From: a virus
Lineage: Duplodnaviria > Caudoviricetes
DNA length: 32,496 nt
Reading direction: 5' to 3' (one strand)
Virus record (IMG/VR): IMGVR_UViG_3300028865_000008
Location: 1 to 32,496 of that record
Below are positions 31,425 to 32,496 of this stretch, in pieces. The notes beneath the pieces are model-generated. The model saw nothing but the letters and a program-made list of their open reading frames with translations, made no database searches and was not told the DNA's origin. The position numbers and the translations under genes were made by a program. Each line of letters opens with the position of its first letter. Positions within the stretch are counted from its first letter, which is position 1.

Positions 31425-32270
31425 ATGGAGAGACGTGCATGGTTGGACTCAGAGGTCGAACTTCTTCGGAAGTCGGCCTCTGAGTCATTTCTGAAGGATC
31501 TGGCGACCGAACTGGATCGCCCGGTGAAGATGGTCCGCTGGAAGCTCAATCAGCTGGGTCTGAAGGCCAAGGACGCCCGGACAGGCAACACTGGTCGTCC
31601 CGTGTCGATCTGGACTGCTGAGCGGCTGGAGCACCTGAGAAGGCTGGCCCCCACGATGTCAGCAGCCCACATCGCCGTGGGGCTGGGAGTCACCGAGAAG
31701 CAGGTGAGGACCGCCCTGTTCGAGCACGGGATCGAGGGTCGAGGTGTTTCGAGAAAGCAGACTCCTGAAGAGGTGAAGGCTCGGACAGCTCCCCTGAAGG
31801 GCCGGATCAAGGTGGACCGGAAGGCATCTCGTACCTGCTCCCGCTGCGGGGAAGAGAAGCCGGTCTTCCAGTACCCCAGTGAGTCCACGGTGGAGAGCCT
31901 GCTGTGTGAGGAGTGCCGGAAGAAGGCTCGGGCTGAACGTCATGCTGCGCTGACTCCTGAAGAACGTCGGCGGATGAACCTTCAGCAGAGAACCAATCGC
32001 CATGGCCTGTCGAGGGAGACCTACACAGCCCTGTTGGAAGCACAGAGTTACTCCTGCGCCGTGTGCCTGACTCCGTTTTCCGAAACCAGATCACCTGCGA
32101 TTGACCACGACCACAAGCACTGCTCAGGAGTATCGGGGTGCGCCCAGTGCATCAGGGGGCTGGTCTGCACAAGATGCAACACAGCCGTGGGGTGGGCGGA
32201 GACCTTCCACGCCTCTCCCGAGTACCTTGAGGCCATCGCTGCCTACCTGTCCAAGGCCGATCTTCTGTAG
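31425..32270 (+). CDS. Endonuclease VII-family homing endonuclease with two N-terminal HTH repeats
   Basis: WLDSEVELLRK...LATELDR and WTAERLEHLRR...IAVGLGV; CSRC...CEEC; QSYSCAVC...AIDHDHKHC...CIRGLVCTRCN. Confidence 0.9.
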   Translation: MERRAWLDSEVELLRKSASESFLKDLATELDRPVKMVRWKLNQLGLKAKDARTGNTGRPVSIWTAERLEHLRRLAPTMSAAHIAVGLGVTEKQVRTALFEHGIEGRGVSRKQTPEEVKARTAPLKGRIKVDRKASRTCSRCGEEKPVFQYPSESTVESLLCEECRKKARAERHAALTPEERRRMNLQQRTNRHGLSRETYTALLEAQSYSCAVCLTPFSETRSPAIDHDHKHCSGVSGCAQCIRGLVCTRCNTAVGWAETFHASPEYLEAIAAYLSKADLL

Positions 32271-32289
32271 TGACTACCGGGAGGCAACG

Positions 32290-32496
32290 ATGAACAGGTT
32301 CGTGCTGGACCTCGAAGCCTTCCGGGGCGACTCGTTTGACAAAACAATCCGGATCAAGGACAAGGCAACCCGGCAGCCCATCGACCTGTCCGGCTCGACA
32401 TGGGCAGCACAGGCCCGCAAGGATCCCGACGACGTGGAGCCCATGTTCACCTTCGAGGTGGATGTCACCAATGCTGCACAGGGGGAGCTGACCTTG
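32290..32496 (+). CDS. Virion beta-sandwich structural protein, truncated by the window end
   Basis: GGAGG RBS; MNRFVLDLEAFRGDSF...PIDLSGSTWAAQAR...AAQGELTL with no stop; CCGATCTT at 32257. Confidence 0.7.
   Translation, partial: MNRFVLDLEAFRGDSFDKTIRIKDKATRQPIDLSGSTWAAQARKDPDDVEPMFTFEVDVTNAAQGELTL

Overview
This is a GC-rich fragment of a large tailed phage genome, most likely an actinobacteriophage. All credible genes are on the + strand. The left part (1-9.7 kb) is a replication/recombination region: Cas4-like PD-(D/E)XK exonuclease, HAD phosphatase, DnaN sliding clamp, the C-terminal half of an SbcC/Rad50 ATPase, DnaX clamp loader and many small hypotheticals. A glycosyltransferase-methyltransferase-glycosyltransferase cassette follows (9.66-11.6 kb). 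The head module then runs through terminase, DUF935-type portal, MuF, a ~3300-aa multi-enzyme polyvalent protein (Nudix, kinase, degenerate ADP-ribosyltransferase), Mu-type protease with nested scaffold, decoration protein and lambda-E-type major capsid protein. Main signals beyond the gene list: (1) a 12-bp palindrome GTTTC-NN-GAAAC written into coding sequence about every 1-2 kb against codon bias; (2) three Endonuclease VII genes, each abutting a recoded end of an essential gene, one with the displaced original dnaX 5' end still visible; (3) three promoter classes (sigmaA-type, GGCGTATCA, CCGATCTT), several driving leaderless genes; (4) candidate immunity genes behind the giant effector with their own earlier-class promoters; (5) a structured ~180-nt leader before the major capsid gene. 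All calls were made by eye from motifs; no database searches were run.
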